Positions 56,001 to 64,000 of a stretch of 64,000 bases of DNA are shown here, in pieces. The DNA comes from Lytechinus pictus (lineage: Eukaryota): NCBI RefSeq assembly GCF_037042905.1, contig NC_087245.1, forward strand, positions 31,374,001 through 31,438,000, given 5' to 3'. How positions within the stretch are numbered: the first letter of the stretch is position 1; each line of letters opens with the position of its first letter. The notes below the pieces were generated by a model. That model was not told the DNA's origin. It did no database searches and worked only from the letters and a program-made list of their open reading frames with translations. The position numbers were made by a program, and so were the translations under genes.

Positions 56001-56013
56001 TCCTGACTATTAA
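12823..56013 (+). CDS. Copy B, complete gene: type II transmembrane serine protease-like protein (TM-mucin-CUB-10xLDLa-S1A protease), about 833 aa, 22 exons
   Basis: join(12823..12833,17885..18018,20301..20315,21148..21228,24691..24720,30757..30909,31617..31811,32483..32605,35226..35330,37053..37148,37830..37940,39688..39801,44929..45036,46143..46274,47022..47144,48600..48722,49167..49259,50873..50962,52255..52333,53228..53496,55168..55310,55840..56013) = 2502 nt, open frame, all GT-AG. The first exon and the micro-exons are the least certain. Confidence 0.85.
13458..13683. mobile_element. MITE with CACTGCAAAAACTC-type TIRs
   Basis: ACTGCAAAAACTCTGGTGTT...AACACCGGAGTTTTTGCAGT, about 50-bp imperfect inverted repeat. 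Confidence 0.75.
14029..16190. repeat. 29-bp satellite array (ACTTACACAACGATGTCATTTACTATGTA), about 70-75 units
   Basis: Period of 29 seen directly; no unique spacers; first unit inverted. Confidence 0.96.
16563..16777. repeat. Three abutting palindromes (160 bp, 42 bp, 18 bp)
   Basis: Centres GTA|TAC at 16642/3 and CCTA|TAGG at 16741/2, then GATATCA-gtat-TGATATC at 16760-16777. Confidence 0.93.
17080..17790. repeat. Foldback-type interspersed repeat (gtcta.. / ..tagac motifs) with a nested MITE at about 17150-17365; related to 35505-35890
   Basis: Short repeated motifs that switch orientation mid-element; nested inverted repeat gtcactctaa..ttagagtgac. Confidence 0.55.
17885..18018 (+). CDS. 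Copy B exon: cytoplasmic tail + signal-anchor helix
   Basis: Polypyrimidine tract + cag; [51 protein letters not shown]. Confidence 0.85.
19256..19529 (+). mobile_element. tRNA-derived SINE
   Basis: A box TGGCCCAGTGG, anticodon-loop remnant CTTTGAA (Gln-like), B box GGTTCGAATCCC, core CTCAACCCAGGTG..AATGGGTACC, (TTA)n tail. Confidence 0.88.
19873..20129. mobile_element. hAT-type MITE
   Basis: CATAGGCGGCGG...CCGCCGCCAATG with perfect 8-bp TSD CTGCCATC. Confidence 0.88.
20301..20315 (+). CDS. Copy B 15-nt micro-exon (ELSRQ)
   Basis: Long (CT)n tract + ccacag|AGCTTTCCAGACAAG|GTAAA; phase 1-1. Confidence 0.6.
21148..21228 (+). CDS. Copy B exon: Thr-rich mucin-like stalk
   Basis: [34 protein letters not shown]; 81 nt, phase 1-1. 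Confidence 0.72.
21365..21989. mobile_element. Probable Kolobok-like non-autonomous element
   Basis: AAAGGGGATCCCAACC...GGGCTGGATTCCCATTTAA degenerate TIRs; TTAA at the right end only. Confidence 0.45.
22230..22530. repeat. Degenerate (TTTGCA/TTTGTA)n hexamer tract
   Basis: Seen directly; explains the CKYK ORF. Confidence 0.8.
22561..22626 (+). pseudogene. Decayed Thr-rich pseudo-exon
   Basis: [20 protein letters not shown]; 66 nt, phase 1-1; donor C|GTAGGT retained; acceptor lacks G; in-frame TAA at 22623. Confidence 0.6.
23811..24000. mobile_element. 190-bp element with TAGTCT...AGACTA termini and 9-bp TSD (AcademH-like by inference)
   Basis: GGGGTAACC at 23802-23810 and 24001-24009; terminal hairpins. 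Confidence 0.75.
24691..24720 (+). CDS. Copy B 30-nt exon ([10 protein letters not shown])
   Basis: tacag| ... G|GTAAGT consensus donor; phase 1-1. Confidence 0.7.
25960..27546 (+). mobile_element. Highly degenerate LINE fragment
   Basis: GTGCCGCAAGGATCCATCTTGGGTCCGATCCTTTTC = [12 protein letters not shown] near 26200; later LKWNDHV..CKKVSK; AATAAA + (ACCAA)n end; boundaries approximate. Confidence 0.65.
26376..26585. mobile_element. MITE nested in the LINE fragment
   Basis: TA-CATTCTTAAAACAAATCAGT...ACTGATTTGTTTTTAGAGTG-TA; inner inverted repeat CAGCTGGGTGCAACTG. Confidence 0.75.
27723..27889. mobile_element. Small hAT-like MITE (related truncated copy at about 31372-31519)
   Basis: CAGGGGCCGCGGAA...TTCCGCGGCCCTTG. 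Confidence 0.65.
28134..30590 (-). mobile_element. PIF/Harbinger DNA transposon, internally deleted
   Basis: TIRs AGCTGTGGTCACATCCCGTCGTAC / AGCCCTGGTCACAAGCCGCCGTAC (19/24); flanks TAA/TAC; GC-rich subterminal regions; HARBI1-like transposase remnants. Confidence 0.9.
28896..29772 (-). pseudogene. Frameshifted HARBI1-like (DDE_Tnp_4-type) transposase
   Basis: [27 protein letters not shown]...[41 protein letters not shown]; at least 2 frameshifts; the GAIDG-type first catalytic segment is missing. Confidence 0.9.
30757..30909 (+). CDS. Copy B exon: CUB domain, N-terminal half
   Basis: [51 protein letters not shown] resembles the CUB pattern SPxyP..APeGxrvxlxFxxF; |GTAAGT. Confidence 0.85.
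31617..31811 (+). CDS. Copy B exon: CUB domain, C-terminal half
   Basis: [72 protein letters not shown]. Confidence 0.85.
32483..32605 (+). CDS. Copy B exon: LDLa1
   Basis: [41 protein letters not shown]. Confidence 0.88.
32959..35093 (+). mobile_element. 2.1-kb non-autonomous TIR element with repeated GCGAGCGCGAAGCGCGAGC motifs
   Basis: CAGGGGCGGATCCAG...CTGGATCCGCCTATG; TAAGA on both flanks; no ORF. Confidence 0.78.
35226..35330 (+). CDS. Copy B exon: LDLa2 (degenerate acidic motif)
   Basis: [42 protein letters not shown]. Confidence 0.85.
36300..36998. mobile_element. Two tandem copies (first partial) of a MITE with TGGACCTAACCCCTTTTGCAA motifs
   Basis: GAAGAG..TTGCAAAAGGGGTTAGGTCCA at about 36663 is inverted relative to TGGACCTAACCCCTTTTTGCAA..CTCTTC at about 36995. 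Confidence 0.6.
37053..37148 (+). CDS. Copy B exon: LDLa3 (4-Cys variant)
   Basis: [32 protein letters not shown]. Confidence 0.88.
37830..37940 (+). CDS. Copy B exon: LDLa4
   Basis: [37 protein letters not shown]. Confidence 0.9.
38386..38642 (+). mobile_element. Second tRNA-derived SINE family
   Basis: TGGTCTAGTGATTAGAGC A box and GAGTTCAAATC B box; A-rich end. Confidence 0.55.
39021..39306 (-). mobile_element. tRNA-derived SINE inserted within a (GAT)n tract (38920-39470)
   Basis: Reverse complement of the 19256 family; (GAT)n on both sides. Confidence 0.85.
39688..39801 (+). CDS. Copy B exon: LDLa5
   Basis: [38 protein letters not shown]. Confidence 0.9.
39836..44215. repeat. 4.4-kb composite array: about 19 constant units of roughly 60 bp separated by variable (AGT)n tracts
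   Basis: Unit AATAATGATATAGTAATTGTACATTTATATAGCGCAATTTCTATATGTATTTATATGTATAT; explains all the poly-T/V/S/Y/L ORFs. Confidence 0.96.
40618..40732. mobile_element. 115-bp palindromic hAT-type MITE
   Basis: CAGTGGCGGACCGTGACCCGGTGGAGACAAAGCAT..ATGCTTTGTCTCCACCGGGTCACGGTACGCTACTG; perfect 8-bp TSD TATATAGT. Confidence 0.92.
44172..44428 (-). mobile_element. tRNA-derived SINE whose 3' end is the array monomer
   Basis: Minus strand GGGGCGTCGTGGTCTAG..GGTTCGATTCCC..CCTTCAGCAAGAAATTTACCC; tail merges into the array unit. Confidence 0.8.
44544..44863. mobile_element. Tc1/mariner-type MITE
   Basis: TA-CAGCGCGTTCC...GGGACGCGCTG-TA; long imperfect inverted repeat. Confidence 0.78.
44929..45036 (+). 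CDS. Copy B exon: LDLa6
   Basis: [36 protein letters not shown]. Confidence 0.9.
45059..45258. mobile_element. MITE with CACTCTT TIRs
   Basis: TA-CACTCTTCAAAATGTTGGGCAACATACT...AGTATGTTGTCCAGCATTTTAAGAGTG-TA. Confidence 0.8.
46143..46274 (+). CDS. Copy B exon: LDLa7
   Basis: [44 protein letters not shown]. Confidence 0.9.
46280..46732. repeat. 11-bp minisatellite (AATTTACCTTG)n
   Basis: Degenerate tandem units starting just after the LDLa7 donor. Confidence 0.88.
47022..47144 (+). CDS. Copy B exon: LDLa8 (very acidic)
   Basis: [41 protein letters not shown]. Confidence 0.9.
47169..47442. mobile_element. hAT-type MITE related to 6232-6495
   Basis: CATGGGCGGGTCCAGG...TATCCGCCACTG. Confidence 0.6.
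48600..48722 (+). CDS. Copy B exon: LDLa9 (must use the distal AG of a former NAGNAG)
   Basis: Exon body identical to 970-1092; proximal TAG has become TAA. Confidence 0.8.
49167..49259 (+). CDS. Copy B exon: LDLa10 (4-Cys variant)
   Basis: [31 protein letters not shown]. Confidence 0.88.
49303..50810 (-). mobile_element. Degenerate LINE fragment, uninterrupted counterpart of 2482-5330
   Basis: [32 protein letters not shown]...[21 protein letters not shown]. Confidence 0.8.
50873..50962 (+). CDS. Copy B exon: activation site
   Basis: [30 protein letters not shown]. Confidence 0.9.
52255..52333 (+). CDS. Copy B exon: catalytic His
   Basis: [27 protein letters not shown]. Confidence 0.93.
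53228..53496 (+). CDS. Copy B exon: catalytic Asp
   Basis: [13 protein letters not shown]...[21 protein letters not shown]...VQPACIP...AVGWGQT. Confidence 0.93.
54090..55000. repeat. 20-bp minisatellite with a 120-bp higher-order repeat
   Basis: Identical text recurs at 54601, 54721, 54841 and 54961. Confidence 0.93.
55168..55310 (+). CDS. Copy B exon: protease 170-192 region
   Basis: [19 protein letters not shown]...[15 protein letters not shown]. Confidence 0.92.
55840..56013 (+). CDS. Copy B terminal exon: catalytic Ser
   Basis: GDSGGSILM...[42 protein letters not shown] at 56011-56013. Confidence 0.93.
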   Translation, partial: GDSGGSILMERDNLWYVVGTVSGGSECGAPFTPSECTKTSYYYQFINDTINNVYPDY

Positions 56014-57746
56014 TGAAAAAAATATCTCATAAAGACAGCGTTTTATGATGATGGTTAATGGTTGATGAATAGTAGTGATTATGGCAAATCTGTCAATTTT
56101 GACTTTTATTGTCTTCTTCTTTTTTATAACGACCATAAATTGTTTCCTTTTGGATCTTTTTAAACATTTATCCACTCATGAAAAATAATTTATATGTTTG
56201 GACATTTGTTTTTAATTTGAAAAGAAATAGTAAGATAATACTATTCTATTGGATTGACGAAGAAATTTCTTATCGACGGAGTAATCAAGTTTTCTATATA
56301 GCCAAACGTATGTTATGTAATCACAAACCCTCTCGCAAGTTCCGACATGCATCAAATTCAAACCTTTTTTTGAGAGAGAGACTAAGTGTTTCGAAAGAAT
56401 ATATTCAAGTACTTGTAGTCGTGGTAGTCGACAAAAATATAGAAAAATTGATAGTGTTCTTTTATTTTTTGCTCATGAACTTTTAATTGATTGTATGCAC
56501 TATCATTTTGTTTTCTCTATGCATAAACGGATTTTATATCCTTATAGAATATGAACTGAAATAAAGACCCTCGTCATCACACACAAAATGTGGAATATCC
56601 TACTCACCATATACCTATTATCATGTGTAATGGTAACATCATACTGTAAATCATTCAGAATACAAGTGATATATGTTATTTGTTTGTTGATTTCCTTTTA
56701 GTAATCGATGCAAGTTTAAAATTTGTTTCTTTATATATACATACTTGCCAAATATCATATTACATTGGTCAGTGTTGGTGTATCAATAGTAAAATGCTAA
56801 ATTTGTATCATTTGTTGTTTATCCCTCATTTGGTGAGGTCTATATTCTGATTGTGTATAATATGAGGAAGAATAGAAAATTTTATGAAATTTGTTGAATG
56901 TCATACCTTTACATTTTACGTACAGACAGTAGTGAGTAACACATTTAATCCTGGTGACATGTTGGGGGTATTGGGATTAGTTGCGATGTAATTTTCATGA
57001 GGTGAAAGGGAAAAAAGTTTAAAATTTCACAATGTTGATGCATTTGTATATATGTCACTGTGCTGTATAGATTTGAACGTCTTAGTAATCCCCAATAGGT
57101 GTATGCATGGTTGAAATCAATGGCATAAACTGATATGAATAGTCTGCAGACACAGACCCGTGGCTTTCGCAATTCATATAATGCGTAATGCAGTCTGAAG
57201 TAGTGAGACTAGATTCACTATGTACTGTGATGGCTGGCTCATCTCTATGGGCTGGCTCTACAGTACACAACCCGAGAGTTCGGCGTCTCATAGTACTTAA
57301 AGTATTCACTGTAGACACGGTGGTTAAATTGTCAAGTATGAGTCTGTGCTTGCAGACTAGCATATGAAAGTGGATACATGGGAGAGCTATGGTTTATCAG
57401 CAAAGGTAAGATTATTTGCTGATATGAATTAATTTAACCAAGACATGGGTGCCGATTGGTGTTCATTATTGAGGGGATTCCTGAAGACAGGGGGGCCGGG
57501 GGGTAAATTTTAAAAAGATAATGTCATGTATAAAAGCCAAAACATGACCATGGTATAGCTATGTCATCCTGGATTTTTTTTTCTCCATCCATCTGTTTCT
57601 AACAATATCCGAAAGGAAGGGTTTCATTCAATATCAAAAAGAAACATAACAAAATACCGATAGAAAAAAAAACGATGGTCATAATGCGTATAGGACAATT
57701 AATATTATCATAATGATCATCGTGTCCCTCTTAGTATGATCTTGAT

Positions 57747-58003
57747 CAGGGGCGGATTAAGGATTTTCCAAAAGGGGGGGAACAGTTTTCCTAGGAAAAA
57801 TTTTAACCAAAAATTAAGGATATTTCGTCCCCGAAAAAAATTGACGAGCAAGCAAAAAAAAAAAGGGTCTTCACTTTTAAAAGGGGGAGCACACTTCTTT
57901 TTTAACGGTATTTTTACATTACAAATTTTTGTTTTGCTTCTCAAAAGGGGGGCACGGGCTGGCTTTGCCCCCCCCCCCCCCCCCCCCGCTGGATCCGCCA
58001 GTA
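57747..58003. mobile_element. hAT-type MITE
   Basis: CAGGGGCGGATT...GGATCCGCCAGTA; flanks ATCTTGAT/ATCATGAT. Confidence 0.72.
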
Positions 58004-58068
58004 ATCATGATGATAAAGAGACCAGGGGCTCGTGACACAAAGCTTAGCAATCATCATAGAATGATATT

Positions 58069-58382
58069 GTGGAGCGTTGTGGCCCAGTGGATTAGTCTTC
58101 GGACTTTGAAACAGAGGGTCGTGGGTTCGAATCCCAGCCATGGCGTAATTTCCTTCGGCAAGAAATTTATCCACATTGTGCTGCACTCGACCCAGGTGAG
58201 GTGAATGGGTACCCGGTAGGATTTATTCCTTGAATGCTTTAGCGCCTATATGGCCGCTCAGCTACAGCCGGGGTAATAATAATATACCAAGTATATTTCA
58301 GCGCCTTGAGCACATAATCAATGTGGATTTGCCGCTTTATAAATACTCTATATTATTATATTATTATTATCATTATTATTAT
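58069..58382 (+). mobile_element. tRNA-derived SINE
   Basis: Same head and core as 19256; (TTA)n tail. Confidence 0.88.
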
Positions 58383-58735
58383 CTTTACGATTGACTGCTT
58401 TGACTATCAATGTACAATCAATCGTGAAAATAAAACTGTTAGACAATTTATCCTTAAAATAAAAGAAGTTCCTGCGGCAGAGTCTCGAGAACACCTGTAA
58501 TTTTACCAGATTGCGTAATCTTACATTATATCTTGTAAAATTACAGGAAATTGGTATTTGGTGTATGGAACCTTACAAATTTCCTTAAATAAAACACAAT
58601 TTCCCCCTTTTTAAACAGACCTGTTCTGTTAAATTGTAGAAAAATTCCTGTTTTATGAATTTACAGAATGATTCTTTTATTGCTTTCTGCAAAATCTTGT
58701 TTTTTCTGTAAAATCAGAGGGTTTTTTTAACAGTG

Positions 58736-60330
58736 GTTCAGGAATTACCTCTCTAACAGAAAACAATTTGTTTTTCTTAATGACCATTCCTCCAACTTGT
58801 GTAATATTAGTTGTGGTGTGCCACAAGGAAGTATTCTGGGACCCCTCTTGTTTATTTTATATATAAATGATTTTTGCAGAGCATCTGACATTTTATCTTT
58901 CATTATTTTTGCTGATGACACAAATCTATTCTTCTCTCACAATGATCCGCTTACACTTGTTAACATAATAAACTCTGAATTAACTAATATTTTGAATTGG
59001 ATCAGAGCTAACAAATTATCAATTAACCTTCAAAAAACTAAATACATTTTATTCAGTAATACCATAGATTCCTTACCTTTTGAAATTTTTATTGAAGATT
59101 TTCAACTGGAAAGTGTCTCCTCAATTAAATTTTTGGGAGTTCATGTAGATAACAAACTCTCCTGGAAATGCCATATTGATAATATTTGTAAAACAATATC
59201 CCGAAATATAGGCATCATAAATAGGTTGAAAACGTTTATTCCTGTAACTTCTCTACTTACATTATATTCTTCTCTTATATTACCATATATCAACTATGGG
59301 ATCCTTGTTTGGGGCAATACCCACCAAAACCTACTTCGTATTATTTCATTCTCACATCCCCATTCTCACACTAATCCACTTTTCCTTGATTACAAAATTT
59401 TAAAGGTTCAAGACTTATACCAATTTCAGCTTGGGCAGTTTATGTTCATGTATAAAAACAGTATGGTTCCTTTGGCATTTAATCATTTTTTTCTCAAAAT
59501 AACAATTTTCATAGGTATCCTACCAGACAAGCCGATAACTTTCATCTGCCTATCTTAAGAACTCGTTTTGCGCAAAACACTTTTATTTTCACCGCCCCCA
59601 AATTTTGGAATTCACTCCATACAGATGTTCAACAGGCCCCCTCTATCCACTCCTTTAAGAGAAAACTAAAAAAAATATGTTACTGTCTTACCAAAGTAAT
59701 TAATTAGTTCGTATATTTTTTAGTATTATCTAAGCACGCTATTATAAGTCACACTCTCTTTGATCCACGTTTGCACTCTCGTTCTTGCCCCCCCCCCTTA
59801 TCTCTCTCTTTCCGACCCTTTCTCTCCACATAATCTGTGTCTGTGTGTGTTTGTGTGCCTCCCTCGCTCCCCCTCTCTCTCTCCCCCCCCCCCCACTTAT
59901 ATTTGCCCTCTCTCTCTCTCTCTCGCTCCCCTTTCAGTACTTTATTCCTTCTCTCTGCCCTCTATTCTTCATCATGTCTTTGTTTTCTTTTTAGTTTTTA
60001 GTATCGTCCCATATCTCTGTCATCTTTTTATCATTTCTCGCTATTACTCACCATCTTTTTATTATTTCCAATATTCTATTTCAACCTATTGTATTTACAC
60101 CTGCAAATGAGTCCGATTTCTCAAATGTTTAATATACTTTCTTAGGGGATCCACGCTCTACAAGCAATGCTTTTTAGTGGATCCCCTCATTTCCATATCA
60201 GATTGTATTAAAACTATTTTACAAATATTTTGGAACCTGCAATTGATTTGTAATCATTGTTATCTTATTTCTTTTGTATTTGCTTATGTTGATAATGGAA
60301 ATGGAAAATATACTTGAACTTGAACTTGAA
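58736..60330 (+). mobile_element. 5'-truncated LINE (CR1/L2-group), relatively young
   Basis: ORF 58797-59558 has [31 protein letters not shown]; frameshifted C-terminus (..KFWNSL..SFKRKLK); pyrimidine-rich 3'UTR; (ACTTGA)n tail; AACAGTG on both sides. Confidence 0.9.
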
Positions 60331-61265
60331 CAGTGATGAAGCGTACGATTGATCGCTAACCATTGTGATTATGGACATCTTGATCGTTGTCATAATTTAT
60401 GATTCATCATAAATATTTTGATGTTCGACCTTAATTATTAAAGCCTTCAAGGATGATGATACAGGTCATTCCCCCACCTTTAATTGAAAATTGGATGGGT
60501 GGGTATATCCCCATTCCCCGTGATCGACACCCATGGATAATATGTATCTGTCTAAAAATGTTGGATTATGTGTAAAGTAACAGATTTTATAAATGAACTG
60601 TTCAGAATTAATGTAGCGTAATGATCAACCTGTCTTTCATCCATGCATTGTTGCTCCATGGTTTTACAGTGTGTCATAACCAAAATTCTGAACTCATGCA
60701 ATATACTCTCAGTACGTTCTCACCAAATTGTTTGAAATATATAATACACTGTGTGTGTTTTTTTTATATCAGAATAAAGAGCATTGGTAACTCATATAGT
60801 ATTGTCAGTGTAGTCATTGCAATTATTTTGGTAAAAAAAGTCTTTGTTTTAAGAATTCTAGATCCATTGTGATTTATAAAGAACGCATAATTTAGGAAAC
60901 AAATTAATGAGAGAGCAAATCCTTTGGCTTTATATTCCAACTGATTAGTGTCATTGATATTTTTTTACCTTTCAATTCCGATAACGCTCCAAACCTCTTT
61001 CTCGCTCTTGGTGAGAGCAGCTGAATCCAGCCCTTCACCCCCCCCCCCTTGAAAAATGTGAAAATCTTCGAAAGAAAGTAGAATGTTTAGAAAAAAAAAT
61101 GCCCCCCCCCGAAGTCGAGGGGATTTTTTTGTTATCATTTTTTGCTGGTTTAAAATAGTTATTAAAAAAAATTGACACCTTTGACCTTCTTTATGGTCGT
61201 TTTTATATTTTGCCTATCATATGATATATATACAATTTTTTAAGAAAAAGTTCTGGTCAATCCTG

Positions 61266-61435
61266 GTGGGTGTTTCATAAAGCTGTTCGTAAGATACGAA
61301 TGACTTTACGCACGACTGGTGATCCTTTCTTGTGCTATGTGATATCCCTATGTAATTGAGTTATGACCTAAGAACATGTTCCAGTCGTGCGTAAAGTCGT
61401 TCGTAACTTTACGAACAGCTTTATGAAACACCCAC
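61266..61435. mobile_element. PIF/Harbinger-type MITE
   Basis: GTGGGTGTTTCATAAAGCTGTTCGTAA...TTACGAACAGCTTTATGAAACACCCAC with CTG TSD. Confidence 0.88.
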
Positions 61436-62007
61436 CTGATTTCATCGCTAGCTGAGAGGGGGGGTGGGGGTATGGGTGGGTATGTGTGCATATGCACGGT
61501 GTGTTATTATGTCTTACGATATATCAACCCACTCATCTTTTGCAATTTGAATAGGAATGATGAAGCAGTATAAACAACGCATATTCACATTTTAAGCTAT
61601 CTTACAAACTGTACGCTCTGGAGGCTCCATATATCTGCCAATACTATATTAGTAAAGAAAAATACAATTAAAAATTGTCGACTTCATTAAAAAAAAATCA
61701 TCACGAACACAAAACTGTTGAAGTATTTTTAAGGTCAAAGAGTACCTTCTCCAAAGTCCATTTTCATATGTTTGGTGATTATTACGCTCACATAATCATT
61801 TTGCTGTGCTGTATTCAATGAAAGTCCTAAAACCAAACCCCCTCTCCGACCCCATCCCAAGATGCCCCCAACAAAACCCCACTAGGCTCCAGTCCAACAA
61901 TAGCCAAAAACTTGCTTTGAGTCTCGCGCTTTTCCAGGTAAAGGAAATCTGTTTACTTTTACCATACGTTTTTTTAACTCAATAGAGCAACTCGGTCAAC
62001 CCATGGG

Positions 62008-63438
62008 GCAGTGACGTAGCTACGGGGGGCCTGGGGGCATGTGCCCCCCTGAGATTTGGTGTGCCCCCCCCCTGAAAAAATTGGCGGAGCAAAAAAAAAG
62101 AAAAGAAAAGGAGAAAGAAGAATAGATAGAAGGAGAAAGACAGAAGGAAAAAAGAAGAGGAAAATAGGAGGAAGACGAGTGAATGAGGGGAAGACTTGCA
62201 AAAAAACCCAAATCTTTCATGTTACTATATAAAGTTTTCGCTTGCACTTCGCGCCAGAATTGCCTGTTCGATGAGATTCATATCTCGCTCAATAGGCTGA
62301 TATGGAGCTTAAAATATCAAGTTTTGAAGTCATTATACAAAACAAATTTCAGCTCGGACATCGAGCTTTTATTGTTTTTTTTTTCATTTACAAATTTAAG
62401 TGCTCTGTAAAATGTCCGTTTTATGGTCTACATATTAACATTGTAAGCTCACGCTGCGTGGTCGCATTGTTTCTATTGTTCCTATTGTCTTCGTGTATTT
62501 CATAAAGTTATCAAAATATCAATTTTCAGATGTGATTGTCAAACGTAGGCCTATATAAGTTAGCGCTGCGCGCTCGCATTTTGATTGGTGAGTACTCTTT
62601 ATCAATTCTATAACCAACAAGCTCCCCTTTTCATTACATTTTATTTCAAAAACCTTTTTTTGAGATCGGTATATCAAATGTTTTCAGCTCGTGCTTGCAT
62701 TATTGATCTGCATGATTAAACAAATGTATTCAGAATGCCCAGGTTCTAGGTCTAAATCTAAAACATGCGCGATAGCCTGCATGTTCTTTAGTTAAAATGT
62801 GCTTAAATTATCCAGTTTCAGATCAGAATATCAATAATTGTCTGCTCGCATTATTAATGATACCCAATTAACCATATCCATATTCATGATATACAAAATA
62901 TATATAGAGTGTCCCGCTTTTAGGTCTAAAATCTCAATTTTCTTCCTCTCGCGCTTCGCACTCGCTTCAATTATTTAGTTACATACCCCATTTGTGATTA
63001 CAAAAACTGCTTATGACCATGTTTTAGGTCGGAATATCACAAAAATTCAGGTCGCGCTTCGCGCTTCCATTATTGAAATATGTACCGTCTTCTTGGGTAA
63101 CTGTAAACAGTCCTTAGCAGGTCCTTTTCGATCATGTTAGAACAGTTATCAACAATTTCTGATCGCGCTTGGCGTTCGCAGTATATTTAGTTACATACGC
63201 ATCTTGTTCAAGATCACAAATTACATTGCCCAGAATATTAAATTTTCAGGACAAAATACATGAAAGTTAAAAAAAATCGCTTGCGCTTTGCGCGCACTTT
63301 TTATATAGGGCTTATGACATTATTTCATATTTATATTGTTTTATAAGAATAAAGCTAAGAAGTGACTGATCGGGGAAAATATAGGTGAAGATAATTTAGG
63401 GCCCCACCCCCTATTGACGAAAGTCGGATCCGCCCTTA
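62008..63438 (-). mobile_element. Inverted relative of the 32959-35093 element
   Basis: GGATCCGCCCTT terminus at about 63427-63438; reverse-complement CTCGCGCTTCGC motifs; shared TAAGAATAAAGCTAAGAAGTGACT block. Confidence 0.7.
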
Positions 63439-64000
63439 ATTGTGACCGGCATACACACACACACACAGAGAAAAAATGTTGCCCCCCTGAAAAAGCAAGG
63501 ACCCCGGCCCCCCAGGAAAAAAGCATAGCTATATACGCCACTGCATACGCCACTGCATACCCGGTGCATTTCATCAACATTTTTGTCTGACAAGTTGTCA
63601 GATCTGACATCTTTCCTTGATTCTGATTGGCTGAGAGGCACTGTTACTATAGTAACTGTCGGATCAAATGGGACTTGTCAGATAAAACGTGTCATGAAAC
63701 GCTCCCCAGGTTATAAAAAGCTAAAAAGCGGCTTTTTGACAATTAAGCTTGCCTGAGAAAGCGCCCACTCATTTAGAAAAAATAATGCTAGTTAGTTTAC
63801 TTTTAGTCAAGTCAAGGAGCAGGATTTTTTTTTTTTACAAGTTTCATTGAAAAAAAAAACGGGGGACCCTAAAGGTCCATACCGTATAGCTAACAGCCAT
63901 GTCACGTCAAGTGAAAGGTTTGGGCAAGTCAATGATGAATAATATTACACTGGACGTGATGTATTTTGAAGTTTTACAGAAAAAAATTATCAGACTTGAT

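Larger units (their letters stand above)
47540..57543 (+). repeat. Segmental duplication, copy B counterpart
   Basis: Matches 1-11727 apart from indels. Confidence 0.95.

Noticed and set aside
58797..59558. Retron- or DGR-type reverse transcriptase driving the paralog diversification
   Set aside because: Typical 5'-truncated non-LTR RT with a 3'UTR and tandem tail; no template/variable repeat pair, and paralog differences are not adenine-specific.
60400..64000. Exons of a third paralog
   Set aside because: No TM, CUB or LDLa-like exon found; the region is mostly MITEs and low-complexity sequence.

Overview
AT-rich, intron- and repeat-rich eukaryotic (animal) genomic DNA; the repeat families look like those of a marine invertebrate, probably an echinoderm such as a sea urchin (inference, not tested). 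Most entries in the ORF track are spurious. By reading splice sites and codon phase by hand I reconstructed one complete + strand gene of 22 coding exons (12823-56013, 2502 nt, about 833 aa). It encodes a type II transmembrane serine protease-like protein: short cytoplasmic tail, signal anchor, Thr-rich stalk, atypical CUB domain, 10 LDL-receptor class A modules, R|VIGG activation site and an S1A protease domain with an intact His-Asp-Ser triad but a non-tryptic S1 pocket (Gly189) and an altered cysteine set. The last 7 exons of a very similar upstream copy lie at 967-10187. The segment 1-11727 matches about 47540-57543 including introns, indicating a recent tandem duplication (or a haplotype assembled in tandem). 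The copies differ by transposon insertions, repeat expansions, a lost splice acceptor rescued by a NAGNAG site, and amino-acid changes clustered in substrate-binding loops. Introns hold a decayed PIF/Harbinger element, LINE fragments, tRNA-derived SINEs, a Helentron-type element, many MITEs, several satellites and a chain of abutting palindromes. No rRNA, true tRNA or CRISPR array is supported.
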